A stretch of 64,000 nucleotides of DNA. Origin: a virus. The stretch covers positions 1 to 64,000 of IMG/VR virus record IMGVR_UViG_3300018080_000099. One strand, 5' to 3'. Positions 47,354 through 55,499 of the stretch are shown one piece after another. The notes below the pieces were generated by a model. It had not been told where the DNA came from, did not search any database, and worked only from the letters and a program-made list of their open reading frames with translations. The position numbers and the translations under genes are program-made. Within the stretch, counting starts at the first letter, position 1; the number at the start of each line of letters is the position of its first letter.

Positions 47354-47551
47354 TTAAAACTTAATGCCAAAGTCATCAGCAGTTTCTATAAAGTCAAGGT
47401 ATTGGTCGAATGTCCAATCCAAGGTTTCAATCACGCTAGCAGTATCAGCTCCCAGCCTAATAGCATTCCCGGCCTCAATCCATTCCTTCATCTTCAGGAC
47501 ATCCGTACAGACATCCTTCGACTCAGCACTCAATCCTTTCCAAATCCACAT
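47354..47551 (-). CDS. small protein, family C (MWIWKGLS…FDQYLDFIETADD)
   Basis: family motif. Confidence 0.5.
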   Translation of the reverse strand: MWIWKGLSAESKDVCTDVLKMKEWIEAGNAIRLGADTASVIETLDWTFDQYLDFIETADDFGIKF

Positions 47552-47553
47552 AA

Positions 47554-47781
47554 TTACTCCTCATCCGGGTCAAAGGTTTCTATATAGTCAAGGAAAGCTT
47601 CCCAAGTATAAAAAGTCTTTCCCCTTATGTCACTAAACCAAAAGCACTTAAACAAATCATACTGCCCATCATCATCTGCTAAGGCAAAATAAACCACATC
47701 CCTTAACTTTAATAAGTCCGTCCGTATCCAAATGTTATTAGCAACATTAGAACTTTCCTTGTTAACTACCCATTGCCACAT
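47554..47781 (-). CDS. small protein, family C (MWQWVVNK…WEAFLDYIETFD)
   Basis: family motif. Confidence 0.5.
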   Translation of the reverse strand: MWQWVVNKESSNVANNIWIRTDLLKLRDVVYFALADDDGQYDLFKCFWFSDIRGKTFYTWEAFLDYIETFDPDEE

Positions 47782-47987
47782 TAACTTATCCTTATCTGTA
47801 CTATATTAGTGTTAGCAAAATCAATAGAATCCTCTAACCAATTCAAATAAAACTCAAACGAACGAAACGTTGCCCTTCCATTACTATAACAAAATGTTAC
47901 CTCACCATACTCCTCAATAAAAGACTTCATCTTAAGCACATCTAAATAAAGCTCTAAATCAACCTTATTCGTTCTCCATGTATGCAT
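47781..47987 (-). CDS. small protein, family C (MHTWRTNK…FEFYLNWLEDS)
   Basis: ATG start chosen (ORF track used upstream TTG at 48014). Confidence 0.45.
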   Translation of the reverse strand: MHTWRTNKVDLELYLDVLKMKSFIEEYGEVTFCYSNGRATFRSFEFYLNWLEDSIDFANTNIVQIRIS

Positions 47988-47989
47988 AT

Positions 47990-48118
47990 CTATCCCTCCA
48001 ACCAATTTAACCAATGCTCAAACGAATTAAAATAAGGCTCATACTTAGGATTCCGCGTCACCATATCCTTATCAAATAACTCCTTGACTTCTAAAACATC
48101 ACCATGACTAAGCATCAT
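47990..48118 (-). pseudogene. possible truncated/degenerate family C paralog (…MMLSHGDVLEVKELF…YFNSFEHWLNWLEG) lacking normal N-terminus
   Basis: C-terminal family motif in frame; upstream in-frame TGA removes MWKW-type start; only 42 codons from first ATG. Confidence 0.25.
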
Positions 48119-48201
48119 ATACACAACAGCATTGTTATGTCCGGTTCCGTCTATGTTTAGCTCCGCTGCATATTTTCATTCCCATTTTGCGCCGCCTATA
48201 A

Positions 48202-49065
48202 TTAAATGTTTTTGCGCAAAGCGGGGCGTTTTAGCGCATGGATGCGCTCTTCAGCTATCCGGCAGTATTTTTCTTCCTTCTCAATTCCTATGTAGTTCCG
48301 TCCAGTATTGATACAAGCGATTGCAGTTGTGCCAGAGCCGATGCAATTGTCAAGAACAGTGTTGCAGGTGGTTGAGTATGTTTCTATTAAATATTCTATC
48401 AATGGCAGCGGTTTTTGCGTAGGGTGAAAGTTTACATCGGTGCCTTTTTTGTATACTTTGTTTTTTGCAGTGTTTATTGTAACGGAAAATGGAACTATAG
48501 AAAACGGGTTGCGCGTACCATCGTCAGGCAGTCTCGTCTTCCGCATAGGAGAGTAAACATTATTTCCGGCAATCTCAAATTTATCAAAAGTCTTTCTCTT
48601 TGTCAAAAAAGCGTTATCATCCACCACTACTTTTCTTGGATTAAAAACTTTTATGGGGTTTTTCGAAAACACTGCTATGTTCTCGTGTATTTTCATGTGC
48701 TTGTTTCCAAATCCATTACCAGCCCTGTTTTTAAGCCAAACCAATTCTTCGCGAAACCAATCTACCTTTGATGTCACTAAGCTGGAGAAAAACGGTTGCG
48801 AGCCAAATAGAACAATTGGCCCATCAGTCAGCCTTTCGTATTGTTCCCACAGCGAAGCGAAAGAAATAACGGTGTCCCACTTGCAAGCGGTTTTTCCATA
48901 CGGCAAATCGCACAGAATCATGTCCACGCTTTTATCCGGTATCAACGGCATTATTTCAAGACAATCCCCGCAGATTATTGTATTTGTTTTCGGCACAGGA
49001 CGTGCCGCCTTATCCGCGCCTATAACTTCAGAGTTTTTCATATTTCTCCTAACGTTCTCACGCAC
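48202..49065 (-). CDS. DNA N6-adenine/N4-cytosine methyltransferase (beta-class, PF01555-like)
   Basis: motif IV-like SVDMILCDLPYG near N-terminus, motif I DNCIGSGTTAIAC...NYIGIE near C-terminus; first gene of - operon. Confidence 0.65.
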   Translation of the reverse strand: MRENVRRNMKNSEVIGADKAARPVPKTNTIICGDCLEIMPLIPDKSVDMILCDLPYGKTACKWDTVISFASLWEQYERLTDGPIVLFGSQPFFSSLVTSKVDWFREELVWLKNRAGNGFGNKHMKIHENIAVFSKNPIKVFNPRKVVVDDNAFLTKRKTFDKFEIAGNNVYSPMRKTRLPDDGTRNPFSIVPFSVTINTAKNKVYKKGTDVNFHPTQKPLPLIEYLIETYSTTCNTVLDNCIGSGTTAIACINTGRNYIGIEKEEKYCRIAEERIHALKRPALRKNI

Positions 49066-49391
49066 TCGCCTGCTGTTTGTGCTTACAAAGATGATGTTTA
49101 AAGGTATATGAACACGCCATTTCTAAGCATCGCATACCACTCTTTGCACAAATGGCAGGCTGCGTGTGTTGTGCGATGTGCGGTTAGCTTTCCTCTTGTC
49201 CTGCCGCCGCCTCTTCGTCAGTTAATTCTCGATACTCCAGTTTTACATTAATCTCACCGTGAATATCCAAATCATCCCAAAGGTGCTCCATCACCTCACA
49301 AGCATATTCAAGTGCCGTATTTTCCCAGTTTTTACCATCTCGCTCTGAAAATATGCACGTATGAACTGTTTTTGTGTGGAGTTACAATCAT

Positions 49392-49427
49392 TCCTTTCAT
49401 ATTTTTCCCTCCTTTCATATTTTTCCC
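49392..49427. repeat. tandem direct repeat 2 x 18 bp (CCTTTCATATTTTTCCCT)
   Basis: exact duplication read directly. Confidence 0.8.
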
Positions 49428-49539
49428 TTCTTTCGGCGGCCTATAAATTCAGAATTTGCCATATTGCACCTAACGGTTTGGCGCATTACGAAGTGCCCTC
49501 GATACAGTCGCAATCGTAGCACCCATGCTTATCATGTGC

Positions 49540-50200
49540 CTGACACTCCTGCCCTGTTCCTAACGTTTCTGTTTCCATATCCATATCTCCTTTCCGAATC
49601 CATATTCTACATCCGAATCCTGATTCCATATCCACGAATGAGTTATCCACACGTTATCCACACTAAGTGATTGACACTTAAGAAACTTATCCACGCTTAC
49701 CCACAACTACCCACTCTATTAAAAATACCCCCGGTAGCCTCTCCCGCGACAGAGAAAAGTCTCCAAAACTGACTCCAAAAGACTCCAAGACTGACTTTAT
49801 ATAACAGTTTTCAGGGACGCTTTTATAAAACTACTTAGTCACTTCTTCCCTTTACAAATAATAATACTAACTTTCCGAGTCTGCTTTCAGTATCCACATC
49901 CACTTTCCGAATCCGAATGCTTAATCCTAACTCTTTATCCGAGTAAGTCTTTCAGACTTAGTCCATATCCATATTCCGAATCCTGATTTAGTTTCTGGAC
50001 TCCTTATCCGAGTCCTGATTCCGAGTAAGTCTTTCAGACTTAGTCCACATCTGCTTTCCGAATCCATATCCTGATTCTGAATCCATATCTGCTTTCCACA
50101 TCCGAACAAGTCCTTCGTGGGACTTAATCCATTTTCCGAATCTGGATTCTATATCCTTATCTGCCATTAGTTTTCCGCTTGGTTGACTAAAGGGAATGAT
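49540..50200. other. putative replication-origin-like non-coding region: 3 DnaA boxes (49643-49651, 49654-49662 TTATCCACA; 49687-49695 TTATCCACG), 12-bp palindromes GAATC(N2)GATTC (49614, 49978, 50010, 50138; GATTCTGAATC 50073), 28-bp direct repeat TCCGAGTAAGTCTTTCAGACTTAGTCCA x2 (49938-49965, 50021-50048)
   Basis: sequence motifs read directly; located between divergent transcription arms. Confidence 0.5.
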
Positions 50201-50371
50201 GTTCAGGTATCTTGCGATTACATAAGTTCCTGCCAGAGCCATCTCAGCTTTTTGTTTGACTTGTAGTAGACTGAACTGTAAGTATATGGTATTGCCGAGT
50301 ATACCTACAAGTAGTATGATTACTACTATCCGGAACATGTGTTCTTTACAAAAGCTAATAAGCTTTTTCAT
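49988..50371 (-). CDS. possible small membrane protein (N-terminal TM helix); ORF runs into repeat region, extent uncertain
   Basis: ORF track; RBS AAGGAAGG; upstream TTGACA-18-TATCAT. Confidence 0.3.
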   Translation of the reverse strand: MKKLISFCKEHMFRIVVIILLVGILGNTIYLQFSLLQVKQKAEMALAGTYVIARYLNIIPFSQPSGKLMADKDIESRFGKWIKSHEGLVRMWKADMDSESGYGFGKQMWTKSERLTRNQDSDKESRN

Positions 50372-50567
50372 ATAGCCTTCCTTACTTAAGGGAATTAGAT
50401 GTTCTACATTATGATACTATATGGGAGAGTGTCTTGTCAATAAAGCTACCTTATATCAATGTAGCATAAGTTTTTTAAGGAAACCTCGGGGTCTGGTGGT
50501 TGACATATCAGAATACCGTAAGTTGGCATGGTATTTGAAGTGAGCAATAATCGTGCCAAGGGATTCA

Positions 50568-50644
50568 TTTAATCGGTTAAACTAGAGACCAAGCTCCCCT
50601 TTGGTTCCCCGTGAGTCTCTTTCGTGACCCAAAGATGTTTCAGT
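50568..50644 (-). ncRNA. candidate small non-coding transcript from consensus - strand promoter (50651-50680), contains GGGGAACC / TTTAACCGATTAAA element
   Basis: promoter TTGACA-18-TATATT on - strand with no downstream ORF/ATG; conserved segment shared with 51064-51170 locus. Confidence 0.25.
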
Positions 50645-50733
50645 ACTAATAATATACAACATGGCAATGGGTTTGTCAATAGGAAAGTTGAACTTTCTGG
50701 TTAACCGCTTAACTAGATTTTTAAAAATAGAGC

Positions 50734-50762
50734 TTGACAATTCAGTACCGGGAATGTATATT
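50734..50762 (+). promoter_or_regulatory. consensus promoter TTGACA-17-TATATT + conserved leader CTGTACACTCAACAAAGGAGATGG
   Basis: gcttgacaattcagtaccgggaatgtatattat. Confidence 0.6.
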
Positions 50763-50791
50763 ATCTGTACACTCAACAAAGGAGATGGAGA

Positions 50792-51073
50792 ATGGGAAGC
50801 TTCAAAGAGGAATGGACCGAGGCGATGGAATGGTGGCAGGGACTGGGCGAGATGCCTAACATGTTTTATGGTGGCATGTTTGATGTAACTGCCAAGGTAC
50901 GTGAGATTGCTTCACGGCGACTCCAGTTGAGGCTGGCGGGCACTGGAGAGGGTATTGGTACATCGGATGTCAACCATGAGGTATTCAGCATTTACCGGGA
51001 GTACAAGGCTTCTGAGGCACCAAGTGTCCTTAGCTTTCTTGTTAGCATAAATGCGGAGTTAGAGGGGATTTAG
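50792..51073 (+). CDS. hypothetical protein (93 aa)
   Basis: ORF track; RBS AAAGGAGATGGAG. Confidence 0.55.
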   Translation: MGSFKEEWTEAMEWWQGLGEMPNMFYGGMFDVTAKVREIASRRLQLRLAGTGEGIGTSDVNHEVFSIYREYKASEAPSVLSFLVSINAELEGI

Positions 51074-51086
51074 CATCCCCTTTTTT
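51064..51086. terminator. rho-independent terminator (GGGGAUUUAGCAUCCCC + U6)
   Basis: stem-loop + T-run. Confidence 0.65.
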
Positions 51087-51170
51087 AAGTGTTTATTTAA
51101 CCGCTTAAATTGGAGGCCAGGTGGGGCCTTGGCTCCCCGGGGTCCCGTTCGGTTCCCAAGATGTTTCAGT
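51087..51170 (-). ncRNA. candidate small non-coding transcript from - strand promoter (51177-51205); contains GGGAACCGAACGGGACC and ATTTAACCGCTTAAAT
   Basis: consensus - strand promoter, no ORF, ends at bidirectional terminator. Confidence 0.25.
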
Positions 51171-51261
51171 ACATATAATATACATTACTGAACAGGTTTT
51201 GTCAAGCTCTTTTTTAATTTATTTTTACTTAATCGCTTAAATAAAAAAGTGTTAATTGCTA

Positions 51262-51290
51262 TTGACTTTTAAGTGAGCGTGATGTATATT
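51262..51290 (+). promoter_or_regulatory. consensus promoter TTGACT-17-TATATT driving leaderless mRNA
   Basis: tattgacttttaagtgagcgtgatgtatatt; ATG 7 nt after -10. Confidence 0.55.
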
Positions 51291-51296
51291 ATTGTC

Positions 51297-51458
51297 ATGG
51301 AAAAGAAAAGGTTTGAATTCGTAGACAGAACCGAAGCCAAGAGCGGCGAGGAAGCCAAGGCCAAGTATCCGTGGGCGACTACATGGGGCAAGGCTGTTGG
51401 TGGCTGGATGGTGTTCGAGAGCCAAGCCGACTTGGAGGAATGGAGGAGGAGCGGATGA
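51297..51458 (+). CDS. small protein (53 aa), probable leaderless start
   Basis: ATG 51297 lies ~7 nt downstream of -10; ORF track 51273 start is inside the promoter. Confidence 0.45.
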   Translation: MEKKRFEFVDRTEAKSGEEAKAKYPWATTWGKAVGGWMVFESQADLEEWRRSG

Positions 51459-51823
51459 GGTACAAGGATATGAAGGAGCGGTTCGGAGCCCATGCTCTGG
51501 CGGATGTAGACGTGAATCCGATGCGTGTTGTGGAGCATCAGCATTTCTCGAGTCCGTCAAGCCATGACTACCGGGGCGACGCCATTGATGAGTGTGTCCG
51601 GGAGAAGCTGGATTTTGCGTCCACCTGTAACGTGGTGTTTGAGATGGCGAAGCGGTATGTCAAGGTGAGCTGTCCGAAGTGCCGTCGCAACATGGAGAAC
51701 CGCGGCGGAGGCGGCAGTGGTACTGCAATCACCATTGATTACCACTGCAAGCATTGTGACATAGCCTTTGAGCTGTCGATGCAGTCGGATGGTATGTTCG
51801 TGTCGTTCCCTGAGAATGAATAA
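51455..51823 (+). CDS. zinc-finger protein (CPKC…CKHC)
   Basis: ATGA overlap, RBS GGAGGAG inside ORF 51371..51823. Confidence 0.5.
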   Translation: MRYKDMKERFGAHALADVDVNPMRVVEHQHFSSPSSHDYRGDAIDECVREKLDFASTCNVVFEMAKRYVKVSCPKCRRNMENRGGGGSGTAITIDYHCKHCDIAFELSMQSDGMFVSFPENE

Positions 51824-51901
51824 TGGGATGGAGCCGTTAAAACAACGGCTCTTTCCTTTAGTCTGAGCTTAACCGCTTAAATAAAAAAGCGCAAAAAGAC
51901 C

Positions 51902-51930
51902 TTGACATTTCAGTGCGGGTGATGTATATT
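51902..51930 (+). promoter_or_regulatory. consensus promoter + conserved leader
   Basis: ccttgacatttcagtgcgggtgatgtatattattggggtacttaacaaaaggagatgg; TTAACCGCTTAAAT 25 bp upstream. Confidence 0.6.
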
Positions 51931-51960
51931 ATTGGGGTACTTAACAAAAGGAGATGGTAC

Positions 51961-52395
51961 ATGAACATCACCCTCAAGAGTCTGAAGGTGTGCGAGTGGA
52001 ATTCAGAAGAAACCACTTGTTTCACAGCCACGATGTATGTGGACGGACAGAGAGTGTGCAAGGTTTCGAACGAAGGGCATGGTGGACCGAACATGTACAT
52101 GCCCGTGTACAATGAGTCTTTGTTGAAGAAGGCTCAGGATTTTGTTGGTGCGATTCCTTGCAAGGGATATTCTTTCAACCATGATTTGGATACGTGGTTG
52201 GGAGATGTCATGGAGAAGATGGAAGAGGAGAAGCAACTCAAGAGGTGGTGTCGCACCAAGATTGTTGCGAGAACCAAAGATGGCAAGAAGGGTTCTTATC
52301 TGGTGTGGAAGGGACAGTTCACACCGCAGGCGAAGGAAATCCTGCTCAAGAAGAATCCTGACATAGTGGAATTTGTCAACGAGAGATTCCTCTAA
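51961..52395 (+). CDS. hypothetical protein (144 aa)
   Basis: ATG after RBS AAAGGAGATGG inside ORF 51913..52395. Confidence 0.55.
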   Translation: MNITLKSLKVCEWNSEETTCFTATMYVDGQRVCKVSNEGHGGPNMYMPVYNESLLKKAQDFVGAIPCKGYSFNHDLDTWLGDVMEKMEEEKQLKRWCRTKIVARTKDGKKGSYLVWKGQFTPQAKEILLKKNPDIVEFVNERFL

Positions 52396-52513
52396 GACAT
52401 TATCCCTCGGCGGTTATAGTCGAGTTCATGGGTGCTGGGGAGTGCCCTTCGAACTATGGCTGCTCCGCCGGGGGATTCTTTTACGCTCTGTTTAAAATAC
52501 AGCTGGAATATTT

Positions 52514-52545
52514 GGGGCAAAGAGAAAGGGAGCCCGGAGGCTCCC
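52514..52545 (-). terminator. terminator for - strand 3-gene operon (GGGAGCCUCCGGGCUCCC + U-rich)
   Basis: stem-loop with U-rich tail on - strand. Confidence 0.55.
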
Positions 52546-52562
52546 ACCCTGCTCAAGGGTAA

Positions 52563-52814
52563 TTAGTCTAGTGGTTCGAGGTTGATGTCGTTTTGTCCCA
52601 TGACACCGTGAGCCAATTTGAATTCGAAGCTCAGGGCATGGAGATATTCGAGGATGCCGTCTTGCATGGCGGTAAGGCAGTCGACGGCATTTTGACAGCC
52701 GGGCTTACGCTCTTCTGTCTGTGCCAGTTCGTGGTACTTTTTGAACGCCTCAGCAGACTCGATGATGATAGTCGCTTTGTTGTTCAGTGTGTGTTGGATT
52801 TCGTCCTGCTTCAT
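52563..52814 (-). CDS. hypothetical protein (83 aa)
   Basis: internal ATG with RBS AAGGAGG inside ORF 52563..52850. Confidence 0.5.
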   Translation of the reverse strand: MKQDEIQHTLNNKATIIIESAEAFKKYHELAQTEERKPGCQNAVDCLTAMQDGILEYLHALSFEFKLAHGVMGQNDINLEPLD

Positions 52815-52831
52815 GAAGCCTCCTTGACAAC

Positions 52832-53035
52832 TTAGAACCAGCTGTCGCACACAAGGCAGTGGGATTGATTGTCAACCCTGAATGCCTTAATGTTGAATCG
52901 TACGTTGTCCCAGAAGCCCGGCTCGTCCTTTTTGTGGCAGTCCACAAGTTCGTGGGCTCCGCAGTGAGGACAAATCAGACAGCCGCAGGGCGTATCTGAT
53001 TCAACGACAACGATTTTGACTTGAGGTTCCGGCAT
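52832..53035 (-). CDS. zinc-ribbon protein (CGCLICPHCG…C…CLVC)
   Basis: ORF track. Confidence 0.5.
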   Translation of the reverse strand: MPEPQVKIVVVESDTPCGCLICPHCGAHELVDCHKKDEPGFWDNVRFNIKAFRVDNQSHCLVCDSWF

Positions 53036-53107
53036 GTCATCTCCTTGTGATATGGTAAAAGTTCCCCTGTAATATACAACAGGGGAACTTAAATGTCAAG
53101 CGATTTC

Positions 53108-53503
53108 TTACAGATTGTTCAGGGCATTCGTTACAGCTGGCACAACCGTCTTCCAGAATTCGTCGGCAACAATCAGGGCGCAGTGGTAATCGGGAGCCAA
53201 GTCCTCTTCTGTCAAGAGGTCGGGAACCATCCGTGATTCGATACCGCATTCGATGATTCGTTTCATGATTGCCTTTGCTGATTCCACGGCAACTTCGCAT
53301 TCGGCATCGAACGGAACATTCAGGGTTCCGCCACGGTTGATGTCATCATGCCACATCTGCTTGTTGGTTTCGTAATGCTGATTGACAAAATCGGAAAAGG
53401 ACAACTGCTCTTCCATCTCGTCGTTCCATGCATTGTGGGCTTCGTGGAGGTTGTTCATACCGAACTCGTCCATCCAGTCCACCATGTTTGGGAAGTCTGA
53501 CAT
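53108..53503 (-). CDS. hypothetical acidic protein (131 aa)
   Basis: RBS AACAAGGAGATGG downstream of - strand consensus promoter. Confidence 0.55.
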   Translation of the reverse strand: MSDFPNMVDWMDEFGMNNLHEAHNAWNDEMEEQLSFSDFVNQHYETNKQMWHDDINRGGTLNVPFDAECEVAVESAKAIMKRIIECGIESRMVPDLLTEEDLAPDYHCALIVADEFWKTVVPAVTNALNNL

Positions 53504-53530
53504 ACCATCTCCTTGTTAAGGTACACACAT

Positions 53531-53559
53531 AATATACATCATGTGCGCTGAAAAGTCAA
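53531..53559 (-). promoter_or_regulatory. consensus promoter on - strand (TTGACT-17-TATATT)
   Basis: revcomp ccttgacttttcagcgcacatgatgtatattatgtgtgtaccttaacaaggagatgg. Confidence 0.55.
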
Positions 53560-53716
53560 GGATTATTTTACGATTGTAGAAACCGTTTGTCTTTGTTGAA
53601 CTTCAGATGGTTGGCTTCGGCTTCTGTCAGCCCGATGAATTCATTTGAGCTGAAAGAGATTTCGTCTGGGTAATACGAGAACAGCAAACACATCCCCCAA
53701 AAAAACTAAAATATCG

Positions 53717-53745
53717 CTTGACAAATCAGTCTCCTTGTTGTATAT
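53717..53745 (+). promoter_or_regulatory. consensus promoter
   Basis: cgcttgacaaatcagtctccttgttgtatatt. Confidence 0.55.
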
Positions 53746-53773
53746 TACTGTCAAAAGAAAGGAGACATGAAAA

Positions 53774-53968
53774 ATGTCAGCCATTATTTCGTTTGCAACA
53801 ACTTCCATTCTGGGTGTGATACTCGCCATTGTGGTTGGTATCATAGCTCTATTGGTGTTGTTCGGACTCGCCAAGTTCGCATGGGCTTTGATGTCCGACT
53901 TCGCCGGATTGATTGTTGCTTTTATCATCGTTGGCATAATTCTTGCTGTGACGGTATTCATTATATGA
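53774..53968 (+). CDS. small membrane protein (64 aa, 2-3 TM)
   Basis: ORF track; RBS AAAGGAGAC. Confidence 0.45.
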   Translation: MSAIISFATTSILGVILAIVVGIIALLVLFGLAKFAWALMSDFAGLIVAFIIVGIILAVTVFII

Positions 53969-54363
53969 GTGGCGACACATTCAAGATTGATGGCAACGTA
54001 GTTGTCTGTACATCCGCGTCGGGCAGTGTATATCAGCTGACTGAGAACTCCTGCACATGCAAGGGGTTCTCATTCCGGCGCAACTGTAGGCACCTGAAAC
54101 AAGCCACAGAGTCCGGTATCTTCAAACGATTGAAGAAAGGGTTCTCTGCTTTGCACTCACCTTATAAGGGTAGCTTCAGACGTTCCCCTTATATTATGAA
54201 GGAGAGAATCAAGGCTGTTCGTGCATACCTTGAGAAGAACGGGTTTAATAACCCATCTGGCAATATGTTACACGAAGTCGAGAAGATTGTAACACCTGAG
54301 ACTCAGCCCGGCACGGTTCTTGCTTTAGCAAAAAAAATCGAGAAAAGTGAAAAAAAGGGTTGA
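53965..54363 (+). CDS. SWIM zinc-finger protein (CTCKGFSFRRNCRH)
   Basis: ATGA overlap; CxCxnCxH motif; ORF 53767..54363 N-terminal part is out-of-frame readthrough of membrane gene. Confidence 0.45.
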   Translation: MSGDTFKIDGNVVVCTSASGSVYQLTENSCTCKGFSFRRNCRHLKQATESGIFKRLKKGFSALHSPYKGSFRRSPYIMKERIKAVRAYLEKNGFNNPSGNMLHEVEKIVTPETQPGTVLALAKKIEKSEKKG

Positions 54364-54388
54364 CAACGAGACTGAAATGAAGTATATT
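54360..54388 (+). promoter_or_regulatory. consensus promoter
   Basis: gttgacaacgagactgaaatgaagtatatt. Confidence 0.5.
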
Positions 54389-54450
54389 ATTACCATGAGA
54401 TTAAGAAACACCGATACAAACCCTTTTCACCTAACAGAAAGGAGCCACTC

Positions 54451-54624
54451 ATGAAGGCTCACAAAGTTGGCGCAATCAAGTACCGTTCACGTTCAGCCGC
54501 CGCGGTGGCGCTGGCAAAGCGGACGAACCTCAGCAACACCGAGATTGCCAAGAAGGTTGGCATGACTCCTCAGACGGTGTGTGCGGCTCTTCGCCGGGAG
54601 ATGCTCAAGGGTTACAACGACTAA
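54451..54624 (+). CDS. small HTH protein, family D (K.H..RSRS.AA…TEIAKKVGMTPQTV)
   Basis: RBS AAAGGAGCC; paralog of 54814, 57892 N-termini. Confidence 0.45.
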   Translation: MKAHKVGAIKYRSRSAAAVALAKRTNLSNTEIAKKVGMTPQTVCAALRREMLKGYND

Positions 54625-54745
54625 TCCATCTCCTCTCCTGAAAAGATGGGTGTCCGGAAACGGGCACCTGTCTTTTTATTTCCCCCGTAATGTCTTGTCA
54701 GATAAGAGTCTATCCTGTCCGACATGAAAAAATAGCATTTAGGGG

Positions 54746-54774
54746 TTGACAAACTACTTTTTTTGATGTATACT
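54746..54774 (+). promoter_or_regulatory. sigma70-type promoter TTGACA-17-TATACT
   Basis: ggttgacaaactactttttttgatgtatact. Confidence 0.5.
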
Positions 54775-54813
54775 ATAAGGGTAGTTTGTTTAACTTTTCG
54801 AAAGGAGCCTCTT

Positions 54814-54981
54814 ATGAAGTCTTTCGACTACAGAGGCAAGAAGCACCGCAGCCGTTCACAGGCGGCGATGCAGATGCTCAAGCGGACGAAGCGCAGCCAG
54901 AGCGAAATCGCGCGCATCGTGGGCATCACTCCCCAGACTGTGAACGCAACCAAACGTATCCATAACCTCCGGGTAGCATAG
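54814..54981 (+). CDS. small HTH protein, family D (…RSRSQAA…SEIARIVGITPQTV)
   Basis: RBS AAAGGAGCC; inside ORF 54763..54981. Confidence 0.5.
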   Translation: MKSFDYRGKKHRSRSQAAMQMLKRTKRSQSEIARIVGITPQTVNATKRIHNLRVA

Positions 54982-54988
54982 GAGGTAA

Positions 54989-55016
54989 GGGCCGGCTTGG
55001 TGCCCGGCCCTTTTTT
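54989..55016. terminator. terminator (GGGCCGGCUUGGUGCCCGGCCC + U6)
   Basis: stem-loop + T-run. Confidence 0.65.
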
Positions 55017-55077
55017 ACGCCCACCAGTTTAACCGCTTAAATAAAAGACCGAGCTGTCCGTTCACTGGCCTAACCAC
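55017..55077 (-). ncRNA. candidate small non-coding transcript from - strand promoter (55084-55112); contains GTGAACGGACAGCTCGGTC + TTTAAGCGGTTAAA
   Basis: consensus promoter without ORF; conserved element family. Confidence 0.25.
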
Positions 55078-55130
55078 ACTTATAATATACTAAAAAGGAG
55101 CTGACTTGTCAACCCCTTTTTAGCATTTTT

Positions 55131-55367
55131 TTATACAGACTGGATTTCAAACGAGCCGGGTCCGTTGCCCTCGTCATCCCTCAGAAGCCATAGCACTTTT
55201 TTGTTTTCGCTCCTGTCCTTCAGGATGATACCATAGTGCTGTTCTTCTGTCGGGTCTGAGGTTGCATCATACGTGAAGCCGCATACTATGAAACCACGTA
55301 GAGGCTTCAGTTTGTTGATGTAGAACCGGGTTTGTTTGGATGGCTTTACCTCTTCCTCATTTGACAT
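55131..55367 (-). CDS. hypothetical protein (78 aa)
   Basis: RBS AAAGGAGGAG; - strand consensus promoter 55395-55423. Confidence 0.5.
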   Translation of the reverse strand: MSNEEEVKPSKQTRFYINKLKPLRGFIVCGFTYDATSDPTEEQHYGIILKDRSENKKVLWLLRDDEGNGPGSFEIQSV

Positions 55368-55394
55368 GCTCCTCCTTTAAGGTTTGTTGATACC

Positions 55395-55423
55395 AATATA
55401 ACTCATTCGAGAGGACTTGTCAA
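55395..55423 (-). promoter_or_regulatory. consensus promoter on - strand, back-to-back with + promoter 55448-55476
   Basis: revcomp gcttgacaagtcctctcgaatgagttatatt. Confidence 0.55.
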
Positions 55424-55447
55424 GCACAAATTATTTTTATTTTCCTA

Positions 55448-55476
55448 TTGACACTTGAGCTGAAATGAATTATATT
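55448..55476 (+). promoter_or_regulatory. consensus promoter
   Basis: tattgacacttgagctgaaatgaattatatt. Confidence 0.55.
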
Positions 55477-55499
55477 TAAGGTATCAAAGGAGATGAGGA

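Noticed and set aside
47114-47636. + strand ORFs 47114..47587 and 47364..47636
   Set aside because: Antisense to the densely packed - strand paralog array; low-complexity Ser/Pro/Leu-rich translation.
48653-49111. + strand ORFs antisense to the DNA methyltransferase
   Set aside because: Shadow ORFs of a gene with clear MTase motifs.
49374-49670. + strand ORF across tandem repeats and DnaA boxes
   Set aside because: Translation is repeat-driven (FHIFPSFHIFPFF); region better explained as non-coding origin-like DNA.
49860-50160. Possible CRISPR array (repeated TCCGAATCC / palindromes)
   Set aside because: Repeats are short, irregularly spaced and palindromic, not 25-40 bp repeats with unique spacers; no cas genes.
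50400-50660. Possible tRNA genes in intergenic regions (50400-50660, 51090-51250, 52400-52560)
   Set aside because: No sequence with a GTTCRANYC T-loop plus acceptor-stem complementarity was seen; regions are explained by promoter cassettes and terminators.
53767-54363. Single 198-aa ORF 53767..54363
   Set aside because: N-terminal third is an out-of-frame read through the hydrophobic 53774..53968 membrane gene (Cys/His/Arg-rich nonsense). Split into the membrane gene plus a SWIM protein starting at the ATGA overlap at 53965.
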